Source: a virus
Lineage: Duplodnaviria > Heunggongvirae > Uroviricota > Caudoviricetes
Virus record (IMG/VR): IMGVR_UViG_3300050190_000017
Reading direction: 5' to 3' (one strand)
Length of the DNA stretch: 64,000 nt
Below are positions 17,613 through 26,472 of this stretch, piece after piece; positions within the stretch are counted from its first letter, which is position 1; each line of letters starts with the position of its first letter. The notes under the pieces were generated by a model, which worked only from the letters and a program-made list of their open reading frames with translations, did no database searches and had not been told where the DNA came from. The position numbers and the translations under genes are program-made.

Positions 17613-18323
17613 CTACCGGGTAGGCCACGTATTAAAGAAAATGGTTTGCAGATCCTGATAGGACTGGGGCTGCGGTGGAGGTGTATCGTCGGCTTGATCG
17701 TAGTTGTAGTCGTCACACAGCTCGACTGCGTACTCATGAATCTTAATTATATTCTCCACCTTCTCGATGGTGTCTTCGAGATTGGTCAGCTTCTCATTCA
17801 TTAGGAAACCAACAGGAGAGTTCTCGAAGCTCTCAGCTTTCTTGTTCTTGAACCGCTTCAGCATTGCTTTGTAGCGTCTGATTGCTTTGTGGATACCCAG
17901 TAGGTTCTGTCGAGCGTTAACAAGTTCTTGGCTGAGTTTAGACTTCACCGAAGCTACCGGATTGACACGCCACACTTCCATAGTAGGATCAGGGGATTGT
18001 GCAATCTGGTCGATCACCTGGATCAGGTTGAAGTTCACAACGGACAACGCTTCTTCCCTGAGCTTCTCGTCGTCGATGGGCAGCCTTCCAGTTTCGTCGT
18101 AATGCTTACGCTTCTTAGGGTCCATCAACACTTCGTACGCCCGCTGAACTGCTTGGAATAATTCTGAGCTACCATTCTGCCTATCTGGATGATACAGCAT
18201 AGCAGCCAAACGGTACGCTGCTTTAATTTCCTGAACAGTGGCATCCCGTGGAACATTTAACACTGCGTACAGGTCAGTTAAATCTTTTGGAATTTCGTGA
18301 ACTACAGTTGCTAGATCTGACAT
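17613..18323 (-). CDS. J-domain (DnaJ-like) protein
   Basis: DLYAVLNV...YHPDRQNG...AYEVLMDPKKRKHYD. Confidence 0.9.
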   Translation of the reverse strand: MSDLATVVHEIPKDLTDLYAVLNVPRDATVQEIKAAYRLAAMLYHPDRQNGSSELFQAVQRAYEVLMDPKKRKHYDETGRLPIDDEKLREEALSVVNFNLIQVIDQIAQSPDPTMEVWRVNPVASVKSKLSQELVNARQNLLGIHKAIRRYKAMLKRFKNKKAESFENSPVGFLMNEKLTNLEDTIEKVENIIKIHEYAVELCDDYNYDQADDTPPPQPQSYQDLQTIFFNTWPTR

Positions 18324-18429
18324 TAGAAAACCTCTTCTTTAGGTATATTATCCGGTTTGTGGGTAATTGTGCATAACCCCTATTTTCAGGCCGTAGGATA
18401 GGTCGTACGCTATCGTAGCCTACCTGCAA

Positions 18430-18660
18430 TCACCATTCATGAACATGACATAGAAGTATGTCACCTATAGTTGCTGCAGGCGGTGCGTCTAGAGTGTATT
18501 TACGGATTATCGTAGGTACGACGGTAGGCATCTTTGGATTCTGTATGATCTCCAGTAGAAGTTCTAAAGTAAACTCTAGACCTATGTACAGATTCAGCGT
18601 GTCTTGAACACCAGCGGCCTTCGCTCGGGCACTTAGTTCGTCACTCAACCATACTTTCAT
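18430..18660 (-). CDS. Hypothetical protein
   Basis: 76 aa, preceded by TGTAAATA at 18679..18686. Confidence 0.7.
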   Translation of the reverse strand: MKVWLSDELSARAKAAGVQDTLNLYIGLEFTLELLLEIIQNPKMPTVVPTIIRKYTLDAPPAATIGDILLCHVHEW

Positions 18661-18687
18661 TAGTTTCCCCTTTCCTTTTATTTACAG

Positions 18688-19092
18688 TCAACGAAAAAGT
18701 ACCCAAAGCATGGTGGACACTGCTATGAGGAACACGAGGCCTCCAATCAAAGAATCCCAGTACGTGCCTTCTGTATTGGGTGGACAATACTTTACCTCAG
18801 GTTTTTCTGGTTTGGGAATCTCGGGTTGCCTGGAACGGAACTGTTCTTGGTTTCGCAAACTCTGGTTTAGCCACTCCTCGTACGCTGCATTCTGTTGGAG
18901 TTGGTTCGGGGTAGAATAATTCTGCTGGACACCACTGATGAACGGGTAGTGCTGGGAACTAGTCTCAGATGTTCGGCGCATACTCTCCTCCAATTGTTTG
19001 ATCGTCTTCTTCACCAGCTTGTGCTGGAGACGTTGCCTAACTCGATAGCTAGGTTTAACGATAGTAGGATCTAACATTATAGTCTTCCTCAA
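18688..19092 (-). CDS. Hypothetical protein with C-terminal TM helix
   Basis: Hydrophobic C-terminus. Confidence 0.7.
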   Translation of the reverse strand: MRKTIMLDPTIVKPSYRVRQRLQHKLVKKTIKQLEESMRRTSETSSQHYPFISGVQQNYSTPNQLQQNAAYEEWLNQSLRNQEQFRSRQPEIPKPEKPEVKYCPPNTEGTYWDSLIGGLVFLIAVSTMLWVLFR

Positions 19093-19443
19093 TTAATATC
19101 TGCATACTAGAACTACGAGACAAATTACGATAACTGCAGCGATAGCGAATTGGCAGAGCCTCCGGGTAGCAGTGTCATAGGCCTTAGCATAGGCAGTACG
19201 CTCCGCTATACGTTGAGCAGCTGCCATCTCCCGGAGCAAACAAAGGTTCTCTTTAACGTAAGCGTCCACTGCAGCATCATAGCAACCTAGCATGTCCTCT
19301 AAGCAGGCGTCGTACTGCGCTTCTATAGAATCGTCCTCACCGGCTTTCTTCAATTTACGTGCGTAGCTTCGGAAGCCTGCGTCTGATCTATCCAGCGCTG
19401 CCTTCAGGAGCTTAGACGATTCGCTGATTTCCTTATCGGTCAC
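19093..19443 (-). CDS. Hypothetical protein with C-terminal TM helix
   Basis: Hydrophobic C-terminus, overlap coupling. Confidence 0.7.
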   Translation of the reverse strand: MTDKEISESSKLLKAALDRSDAGFRSYARKLKKAGEDDSIEAQYDACLEDMLGCYDAAVDAYVKENLCLLREMAAAQRIAERTAYAKAYDTATRRLCQFAIAAVIVICLVVLVCRY

Positions 19444-19682
19444 TTGCGTCTCCCGGTAGTTGCTCTACGTTGTTTCTTGCGCTTGTTGAACTGTAGACGC
19501 AGTTTACGTTTCTGAACTTGATAGCGACTCGGGGCACCCCCGAAGTACACTCGGTAACTAGTAGCATCTGGTACCTCTTCAAAGTTTATAGTCATTTTAT
19601 CTGTAGGACTCCAGTCTTTGTTACCTGGGAGTCCTAGACACGGTGTGTACTGTGGTAGAGAGAAAGTAAAGCTACTAGTCAT
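19440..19682 (-). CDS. Basic hypothetical protein
   Basis: Arg/Lys-rich tail, ATGA coupling. Confidence 0.6.
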   Translation of the reverse strand: MTSSFTFSLPQYTPCLGLPGNKDWSPTDKMTINFEEVPDATSYRVYFGGAPSRYQVQKRKLRLQFNKRKKQRRATTGRRK

Positions 19683-20134
19683 TTGGTTTCCTCAAAGTAG
19701 TCAATGTTGCATTCCCATACATTGTTATACAGGGGTTCCTTAGAAGTAACAAACATCCCATAGATCAAACATCCGTTACGAGTGAATGGTGGGTACTTGT
19801 CAGGCACCTTGTCATGGTTATCATTGAGGTGGAACTCAGGGCTACCACTACCGAAGTCCACCAGGATAACGTGGTTATAAACCCTACGTCCTGGAAAGGT
19901 TACGCAATGCCCAAAGTCTATATCTTCGACGGTGTACGATAGCTTGGATAGGACTACTAGATCTTCAGGTACGAGAGGGGCTTCTCGTTGTCTCCATAGT
20001 TCAGCGCGTGCTCGTGTCTCTGGAGTAGCAGTGACATGGAATAGCGATTGTTTTGGCTTCTTCTCTTTCTGGTGGAGACGTATAATTAAGAACACACAGA
20101 TAACTAGGGTTGCCGCTATGAAGTACTCACGCAT
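19679..20134 (-). CDS. Membrane-anchored hypothetical protein
   Basis: ATG 20134, N-terminal TM helix. Confidence 0.7.
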   Translation of the reverse strand: MREYFIAATLVICVFLIIRLHQKEKKPKQSLFHVTATPETRARAELWRQREAPLVPEDLVVLSKLSYTVEDIDFGHCVTFPGRRVYNHVILVDFGSGSPEFHLNDNHDKVPDKYPPFTRNGCLIYGMFVTSKEPLYNNVWECNIDYFEETK

Positions 20135-20135
20135 G

Positions 20136-20384
20136 TTAGTAGGTCCAACGCTGCTTGTATTGTACCTCGTAATCTTTACTGGCTTGCCTAGACTTTCGGA
20201 CCTGCCGAGGCTCACTAGAGACAGTAACAGTAGAACTCTTGATGGAGGTCTGGAAGTCACGAGCTAGGTCTACTAGCTCATTTTGTAACGCCTGTTTGAT
20301 GCACGCCTGAACTTCCTTCTTGGGAATGGCCTTAACGTCGTACTCGAAGTCGATATAGAATCTTTGCTTAACTAGCTTACTCAT
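20136..20384 (-). CDS. Hypothetical protein
   Basis: 82 aa, AGGAG RBS. Confidence 0.65.
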   Translation of the reverse strand: MSKLVKQRFYIDFEYDVKAIPKKEVQACIKQALQNELVDLARDFQTSIKSSTVTVSSEPRQVRKSRQASKDYEVQYKQRWTY

Positions 20385-20865
20385 TTGGATTCTCCTTGTG
20401 GCCTATTTCAGTCTTAGTTCCAAGACTCTTTGCAATCTCACCCAGTATCTTGAACTGCTCCTCCTCTTTGCCGTAAACCCGTTTATCTGTTGATAGGTCA
20501 TACGCTTCTTTAATGCGACGCTCCAGGGCTTGGGCTTTACCAGTGTACCCGGCCTTGCGTAGAATAGGGCATACACTATCTGCATACACAGCAACCTTTA
20601 TCAAAGCCGTAACTTCTGCTTGGAGTGCTGCAAGTCTAGCGAATGCACCATCACGATCTTCCTGCAACATCACGAATTCTAGATCTCGAGCTCGCTGCCC
20701 TTCTTCTACTGCGGGAGCAGGAACACCGTCTTCCGTTGCCTGGGCTGCCAGCATAGCCTGAGCAAACCTAAACCGTAGTGCAGCCTTGTACTCCGTCGGG
20801 CCTAGAGGTATTAGGTCTATGTACGGAAGTGATTTCCAAATTTCTTCAACACGTTCTGGTGTCAT
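20377..20865 (-). CDS. Hypothetical protein
   Basis: ATG 20865 with AGGAG RBS. Confidence 0.7.
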   Translation of the reverse strand: MTPERVEEIWKSLPYIDLIPLGPTEYKAALRFRFAQAMLAAQATEDGVPAPAVEEGQRARDLEFVMLQEDRDGAFARLAALQAEVTALIKVAVYADSVCPILRKAGYTGKAQALERRIKEAYDLSTDKRVYGKEEEQFKILGEIAKSLGTKTEIGHKENPNE

Positions 20866-21017
20866 AGGTGTTCTCCTGTCTCTAGTGGTGTGTAGCACAG
20901 TTTGCAGATGAAGCGTCGCTTGTACCCAATGAAGGTCTGCTCACACTTAATGCAGACGTTCATATATTGTCCGTTCTCGTGATGGAAGTCCTCAGTCCAG
21001 TCTCGATCACTAGTCAT
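20862..21017 (-). CDS. 51-aa zinc-finger protein
   Basis: Hand-translated RDWTEDFHHENGQYMNVCIKC...CKLC; ATGA coupling. Confidence 0.7.
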   Translation of the reverse strand: MTSDRDWTEDFHHENGQYMNVCIKCEQTFIGYKRRFICKLCYTPLETGEHL

Positions 21018-21020
21018 TTT

Positions 21021-21230
21021 TTAGTCCTTGAATATTCCGGGGTACATAGCCTTGTACATGTCGTCATCTCCATCGTCTTGCTTTGCCTTGCGTAACTCTT
21101 GTACGAGTAACGCATTCTTCTGTTTCACTGCCTCCAGTTCATCATTGGTTGCCATCCACAAGTTCTTGAAGTGTTCAGCTGCTAAACACTGAGAACGCAC
21201 CTCTGCTGCTAGGTCATCTGCAATACTCAT
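21021..21230 (-). CDS. Hypothetical coiled-coil protein
   Basis: 69 aa, GGAG RBS. Confidence 0.65.
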   Translation of the reverse strand: MSIADDLAAEVRSQCLAAEHFKNLWMATNDELEAVKQKNALLVQELRKAKQDDGDDDMYKAMYPGIFKD

Positions 21231-21263
21231 TTCGTTTCTCCGTTAGTTGATCTTAGCAATGAG

Positions 21264-21413
21264 TTATTTAACTTTGGGTAGGAGGGATTTAGAACTTTTG
21301 TACTCGGTGTCTAGTGCTTTAAGTTCCGTGTCAACACGCTTTATTATACGAAAGCCCTCTTCCCTCTGATTGTATAACTGTGTACGTTTACACAGATACT
21401 CGTCCTCACTCAT
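21264..21413 (-). CDS. Hypothetical protein
   Basis: ATG 21413 with AGGAG RBS. Confidence 0.55.
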   Translation of the reverse strand: MSEDEYLCKRTQLYNQREEGFRIIKRVDTELKALDTEYKSSKSLLPKVK

Positions 21414-21427
21414 TTCGTTTCTCCTTG

Positions 21428-21724
21428 TTAGGCACCGCAGAGATATTCGCAGACTGCCATCACTATAGCTTCTGCTCCGTGCTCCATACCTCGGCCGCAA
21501 TGGTCCCCTGGCCACTCAGGCTTTGCAAAAGAACAAACAACTAGGCCATTAGACTTTGCAGTAACGTAAATGCAATGTCCTGCTCCTTCGTAATTAGTTA
21601 ACGTTTCACGAGCCCACACGGTAGCCTCACAGATGTCCTCCTTTATGTGCTCAGGAATACCATCGTACATAGTTTGGATGCGAGACTCTATAGATTTCAT
21701 AGCGTGTTTGCTATCGCTGCTCAT
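21428..21724 (-). CDS. Hypothetical protein
   Basis: 98 aa, coupled. Confidence 0.7.
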   Translation of the reverse strand: MSSDSKHAMKSIESRIQTMYDGIPEHIKEDICEATVWARETLTNYEGAGHCIYVTAKSNGLVVCSFAKPEWPGDHCGRGMEHGAEAIVMAVCEYLCGA

Positions 21725-22071
21725 TTTGGTTCTCCTAAGAATTTAATAATTTTAGCTGCTAGTGCTGCCGCTGGTTGTTTGTAGCCTTCCTCATAATGAG
21801 ATGCAATGTAGGCACAAGCATCGGCTAGCAGTTGTCGAGCCTGTTGAAGCTCGTCTACTAGTGCGTGGTTTGCTTGGCGTAGAACCAGAGCATCTGCTGG
21901 CGTACAGACCTCTGGAGACTCTACAACTTCTGCGTACTCTATACAGCCCCAAGAGTACTGTTTAGCTTTCTTCGCCAAGTCTTCGCTGTAGGTGAGCATC
22001 CACTCAGTTGCATCTGTGGGCCAGATCAACCAGTGTCTACCACGTGATGGAACAGCTTCTACTGTTTTCAT
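21721..22071 (-). CDS. Hypothetical protein
   Basis: 116 aa, AGGAG RBS. Confidence 0.7.
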   Translation of the reverse strand: MKTVEAVPSRGRHWLIWPTDATEWMLTYSEDLAKKAKQYSWGCIEYAEVVESPEVCTPADALVLRQANHALVDELQQARQLLADACAYIASHYEEGYKQPAAALAAKIIKFLGEPK

Positions 22072-22074
22072 TTG

Positions 22075-22338
22075 TTACTCCTTTGTTTTCTGAGTACGGT
22101 TGGCCCAACCACGCCATGCATGTTCAGTGTTATCATAGTAGAAGGTTGCTGGACCTATTCCTAGTTCAGTTGTTATACCTGAAGTCTCTATAGTACGCTT
22201 GAGATTGTAGCCTTGGAGTTTCGCAAACTTTATGAATCCTTCATAATCTATGTCATCGAATATGCTCGTGGTTTCTTCCTTGTCTACCCTGTGTGCTTTG
22301 GTACTGGCATACCACACTTGAGCGTCACCCTTGCTCAT
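22075..22338 (-). CDS. Hypothetical protein
   Basis: 87 aa. Confidence 0.65.
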   Translation of the reverse strand: MSKGDAQVWYASTKAHRVDKEETTSIFDDIDYEGFIKFAKLQGYNLKRTIETSGITTELGIGPATFYYDNTEHAWRGWANRTQKTKE

Positions 22339-22759
22339 TTTGAATCCTCGGTGTCAGGTGGGTACTGCTTGAACAGATCTCTTGGTACGGGTTGTCATAC
22401 AGTGAGAAGGTTCCTCGTGCTAATTGGGCTAACACCTCTTTAATGGCTTCGTGCTTATGTGCTAATTGGGCTAACACCTCTTTAATGGCTTCGTGCTTAT
22501 TAGCGTAGAGAATGGGATCACTAATAGATTCAGAGTTGTAGGACGATGCAAAGTCATACAGATGGCTCATTACACATTCGGCTACCAGAGATGCTTCAAG
22601 TTCGTGGTGGTCACTCTCAAGCATCGGATCTAACGTAGGGTCTAACTTAATTGCTGCTTGCACTGCTGTGTAGAGTGCATATTTATACGAGACCGGACGG
22701 TGGCGATTGTACTGCATACGTTCGAGAAACACTTGCAGCATGTCAGATGTAACTATCAT
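22325..22759 (-). CDS. Hypothetical protein with 14-aa duplication
   Basis: KHEAIKEVLAQLA twice. Confidence 0.7.
   Translation of the reverse strand: MIVTSDMLQVFLERMQYNRHRPVSYKYALYTAVQAAIKLDPTLDPMLESDHHELEASLVAECVMSHLYDFASSYNSESISDPILYANKHEAIKEVLAQLAHKHEAIKEVLAQLARGTFSLYDNPYQEICSSSTHLTPRIQNEQG
22417..22500. repeat. Perfect 42-bp tandem duplication
   Basis: 22417..22458 identical to 22459..22500. Confidence 0.95.
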
Positions 22760-23049
22760 ATGGTTTCCTTTTGTACTTCTACGCTATCCCAGAAGGAATC
22801 GGGTAGAGCTTGCTCAAGGGCGGATAGTACGTCGAGAGCTTGTTTCCCATTCTCTCTAAACTCCTCATGACCCCGATGGTCTTCACCAGTTTGTTGCCAG
22901 GAGGAGTCATTCTGTAGCCGCTTAAGTTGCTGCTCACGCTTCCCCTTCTGAAACGTTACCCACTCGATGTTGCGTTCGTTACCGTAGAACGCTAAGACGT
23001 TTAGAAGCTGTTTGATAACGGTAGTAGGTATGATTTGGTCATCACTCAC
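22756..23049 (-). CDS. Hypothetical protein
   Basis: 97 aa, coupled. Confidence 0.7.
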   Translation of the reverse strand: MSDDQIIPTTVIKQLLNVLAFYGNERNIEWVTFQKGKREQQLKRLQNDSSWQQTGEDHRGHEEFRENGKQALDVLSALEQALPDSFWDSVEVQKETI

Positions 23050-23294
23050 TTGCGTTCTCCTGTGTACTCTAGCTGCACCTGAGTTACTTGTAAAGGGAGC
23101 TCCACGGGTTTGATGTCTATGCGAGCAGAACTACAGCTTACTTTGGGTACTGCTCCCTTGTACCAGAAGGATAATGTGGTACGGGTATAGCTGTACTTCC
23201 GTGCTAGTTTAGCTTTACGAGGGGTACCCCGTCTAGCAGTGCCCGTCAGCATCATCAGCCCTTCGATAACAGATTGTTTCCATTCTTCATTCAC
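23046..23294 (-). CDS. Hypothetical protein
   Basis: 82 aa, coupled. Confidence 0.65.
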   Translation of the reverse strand: MNEEWKQSVIEGLMMLTGTARRGTPRKAKLARKYSYTRTTLSFWYKGAVPKVSCSSARIDIKPVELPLQVTQVQLEYTGERK

Positions 23295-23560
23295 TTTGAA
23301 TCCTTTAACAGATTGAATTTACCACCTAACAACTCGATGACTTCATCGCGGGTGAACGTAAAGTTGTGAGTCATCTTGGAGAGCGTAACTTCAACGCGTA
23401 ATCTTGTAATCCATTGTGCTTCGGGGTAGGCTACCCGCAGTACAGCTCGTGCAAACTTCAAGCGAAAGTCTCGTTCTGCTTCCTCAAAAGAACGATAGTC
23501 AATAGAGTCAGGTATTGCATCCCAAATGTCATCAAGCTGGTCATCGGTTAGTTCAATCAT
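23291..23560 (-). CDS. Hypothetical protein
   Basis: 89 aa, AGGAG RBS. Confidence 0.7.
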   Translation of the reverse strand: MIELTDDQLDDIWDAIPDSIDYRSFEEAERDFRLKFARAVLRVAYPEAQWITRLRVEVTLSKMTHNFTFTRDEVIELLGGKFNLLKDSK

Positions 23561-23894
23561 TGTGATTCTCCTTATCAGATTTGAGAGCGTACCACACGCT
23601 AAACATCAGGTTATGTTCTCGTGAGGTAATGTCACCAGTCTTGAAGTTGCGGATCAACCATTGATCGAATACATTATGAGGATCGAAGGTGTAACGACTA
23701 GAGGGCAGACTACCGCTCTGAAGTTCAGCTTCCATCTGTAAGTTGAGTTCTTGCTCTCGAAGCCACAACTCCTTGTAACGTTTGACCCCTGCGAGGAAAG
23801 CCTCGTGTGCTGTAGCTGCTACTCCGTTCTTGCGAGCTAACCATCCTCGGTACGCTTCTTCATCAGTCATTGTATAAGTCTCCACGTTGAACAC
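23553..23894 (-). CDS. Hypothetical protein (first gene of leftward arm)
   Basis: 113 aa; start codon uncertain. Confidence 0.65.
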   Translation of the reverse strand: MFNVETYTMTDEEAYRGWLARKNGVAATAHEAFLAGVKRYKELWLREQELNLQMEAELQSGSLPSSRYTFDPHNVFDQWLIRNFKTGDITSREHNLMFSVWYALKSDKENHND

Positions 23895-23898
23895 TAGT

Positions 23899-23906
23899 TA
23901 TTTACA
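23899..23906 (-). promoter_or_regulatory. TGTAAATA motif driving leftward arm
   Basis: At the divergence point. Confidence 0.6.
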
Positions 23907-24007
23907 GGTAGATTTTTTTACTTATATCCAAACTATAGGTACGCAGGAATCCACACCCTACAATTTCATTTTCGTTAAATGATACGTCATCTCGATATGG
24001 GTATCTC

Positions 24008-24178
24008 ACACATAGTTTAACTATGAGTAACCCTGAGTTTGGGTATAATATAACAATATCAATATATATGAGTAAGTGTATTAATTGCATGAATAGTTAC
24101 ACATAGTTTAACTCAGGGTGAATACGCAGGTAACGAATACGCATGTAAATAGACTACACATAGTTTAGGTATGTGTAG
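24008..24178. repeat. Iteron-like repeats, AT-rich core and hairpin (putative origin or operator)
   Basis: ACACATAGTTTAACT at 24008 and 24099, ACACATAGTTTA at 24156; inverted repeat ACCCTGAGTT (24030)/AACTCAGGGT (24110); 9-bp hairpin 24154..24178. Confidence 0.6.
24144..24151 (+). promoter_or_regulatory. TGTAAATA motif driving rightward arm
   Basis: 56 nt upstream of ATG 24208. Confidence 0.6.
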
Positions 24179-24207
24179 ATTCATAGATCAAGGTAAGGGA
24201 TAGGGCA

Positions 24208-25515
24208 ATGAAGACATACGCAATGGTGGACAATATCAATATGGGAACAGACCTAGATGTTGATGATACGACCTTCGAGAGTAATGGTGTTGAATGCTCT
24301 GATAAGGAAAGTAAGAAGCTAATGGCTGTAATGGAAAAGAATGGAGGACTGCGCGATAAGGATGGGGGAATCATATTCATTATGAACCCAGGGAAGTTCA
24401 AGAAGCTAGGTTCAGCAATAACAGTAACACTACGACAGGATGGTCGTGCAGGATCCACATGGTTCTTCAATGTGTTAGCTAATCCAGCATCAGTGTTCAG
24501 TGGGGACAATACGTTCGGTAACTTGAAGCTACGGACACAGGTGCAGGATATATTCTACTTTGTACTAGAGTTCCTGGGTAAGAAGGGTGTAGACGTTACC
24601 CGGCTAACGCAGCAGGTAAAGATTGGGAATATCAACATTCATTCAGTAACGTTCGCGCAGTATAGTTCACCATTGAAGAATGAAAAGCTAATGAGAGAAT
24701 TGATTGATCGTTGGTATTTTATGTATGAGACGCGGCTGCACACCGGAGAACGTTACATATCACTGTTGCAAGAATTAGCTATGAAGCGTAGCGTAGGGGA
24801 TCAGTACGATGATTCAATAGCCTTGGCGATCTATGCTAAAGGCGATAAGTTAGGGAAGGGTAACAAGCTAATGCATCTGTGTCTTTATAATAAAGCACAG
24901 GAGAAGCGTGATAACGAGAAGGCAATGGGTAGTGAAGAGGAGCAGGACCTGGAGAAACGATTGCGGTTCGATCTTACTGTGAGTAACTACTATCTAAAGA
25001 ACTATTGGAGTTTAGGGGCCAAGCCTACTATCAAAGGTTTGTATGACTACGTGAAGCGGGAGTATCCTGAGCGTGGCTGGAAAGGTGCGGTGGAAGCGTT
25101 GATGACCTATGCTATAGAGCGTACGTGCTTATCCTACATGGTGACTGTAGACAATCCATTTGCTCTACAGCATCGAGGGATGATGAAGCTATGGGAAGAG
25201 GAGTACAAGACTAACGCAGGGAAGAAGAAGGTTGCGTGGGATCCTCGGTTAGTAACGTGGGCGGAATCATTGAACCTAAGTTTAGACATTTCACCTGACG
25301 CGCATCTGATTATGCTGCAGGGGCAGGCAGGGCTGTTGACCAATACGAAGGATCATACTAAGCGGTGGTTATCATCTGCGAAGGGGGCGGCGTTATACTT
25401 GGAAGAGCTATCAGGTATCTTGACTAAAACGCGGGAGTCGAAGAGATTAGCCCAGGCCGCTGCCACACTGAAGCTCGACTTCTCTAAACCTACTTACGTG
25501 GACCAAACGAAATGA
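24208..25515 (+). CDS. Rep_trans / gene II-X-like replication initiator homolog
   Basis: NPASVFSGDNTFG, LYNKAQE (cf. RepD IYNKKQE catalytic Tyr), LRFDLTV. Confidence 0.5.
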   Translation: MKTYAMVDNINMGTDLDVDDTTFESNGVECSDKESKKLMAVMEKNGGLRDKDGGIIFIMNPGKFKKLGSAITVTLRQDGRAGSTWFFNVLANPASVFSGDNTFGNLKLRTQVQDIFYFVLEFLGKKGVDVTRLTQQVKIGNINIHSVTFAQYSSPLKNEKLMRELIDRWYFMYETRLHTGERYISLLQELAMKRSVGDQYDDSIALAIYAKGDKLGKGNKLMHLCLYNKAQEKRDNEKAMGSEEEQDLEKRLRFDLTVSNYYLKNYWSLGAKPTIKGLYDYVKREYPERGWKGAVEALMTYAIERTCLSYMVTVDNPFALQHRGMMKLWEEEYKTNAGKKKVAWDPRLVTWAESLNLSLDISPDAHLIMLQGQAGLLTNTKDHTKRWLSSAKGAALYLEELSGILTKTRESKRLAQAAATLKLDFSKPTYVDQTK

Positions 25516-26468
25516 GAGCACTAGGGATAGCAGATCTGCATCTCGAACCTACCAACATGAAATCGCGCCTGTTCAGGATTTCTCACGTCTGTGACATTGC
25601 GAGAAAGAGGAGGATACAAAATATCTTTCAGTACGGGGACCTTGTAGAGGATGGTGACCTTACCGTTGTCCGCAAGCTACGAAAACTATTTGCCGAGTAC
25701 AATGACCTACGCTTCTGGATCATCGCTGGTAATCATGATCTCTTTAACAATCGGGAAGCATCCTCCTGTAGCCTAGATCTGCTCAGAGCTCATAACGTTA
25801 CCGTCTTCAGTTCTAGGGCCGAAGTGGTAGACATAGACGGAGCTCACGTAAACTTTAATCCGTGGCCTCATGCGCGACTAATGTTCGATGCTCTGAATGT
25901 AGTCCACGCTGCTGTCCCCGAAGTTGAAAAGAAGTTAGGCTTGGACTTTAAGGTAGGAATGAAGAAGAGTGATGCTGTTACTGTAGCTGGACACCTGCAC
26001 AGAGAATTACGATTTAGAAACACCTTCTACGCGGGCACACTGGCAAATAATTCTGATCCCGCTTTCCACTACATAAACTACAAGTCAGATGAGCTATGGA
26101 AGATCGAGAAATGTAATCTGCTCGGCTATTCTCAAGTAACCTCTGAGGGGCACCTGTCCCGGGTCATTAAGAAAGTTAAACCTGCCATCGTTACTGTAGA
26201 AAAAGTAGAGAGGGCCGCTAAGAAGAATAGCGGCTACCTTCACAAAATTTATAGCATGGATGACTTAGAGCAGGTCCCTATGACCGCAATTGCCTTACAG
26301 GTCGAGGCCCCATTTAAAGTTAAACCGTTTTCAGCACCTAATATAAAACGGATTCGAATACTAGCGGGACAGTCTAAAGAGCGACAGCAAGAACTTAGGG
26401 CGACCGCGGCGTCCTTGGCAGCCTTCTTAGAAATTGCTTACTGCCAACCAACTCTAACCAAGGAGTAA
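25512..26468 (+). CDS. Metallophosphoesterase, divergent SbcD/gp47-like paralog
   Basis: DLH, GD, GNHD, GHLH...FYAGTL; similar to 31949..32968. Confidence 0.75.
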   Translation: MRALGIADLHLEPTNMKSRLFRISHVCDIARKRRIQNIFQYGDLVEDGDLTVVRKLRKLFAEYNDLRFWIIAGNHDLFNNREASSCSLDLLRAHNVTVFSSRAEVVDIDGAHVNFNPWPHARLMFDALNVVHAAVPEVEKKLGLDFKVGMKKSDAVTVAGHLHRELRFRNTFYAGTLANNSDPAFHYINYKSDELWKIEKCNLLGYSQVTSEGHLSRVIKKVKPAIVTVEKVERAAKKNSGYLHKIYSMDDLEQVPMTAIALQVEAPFKVKPFSAPNIKRIRILAGQSKERQQELRATAASLAAFLEIAYCQPTLTKE

Positions 26469-26472
26469 CTAA

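Noticed and set aside
23902-24090. 62-aa minus-strand ORF across the repeat region
   Set aside because: No RBS; it lies over promoter and iteron-like repeats and is best explained as non-coding.
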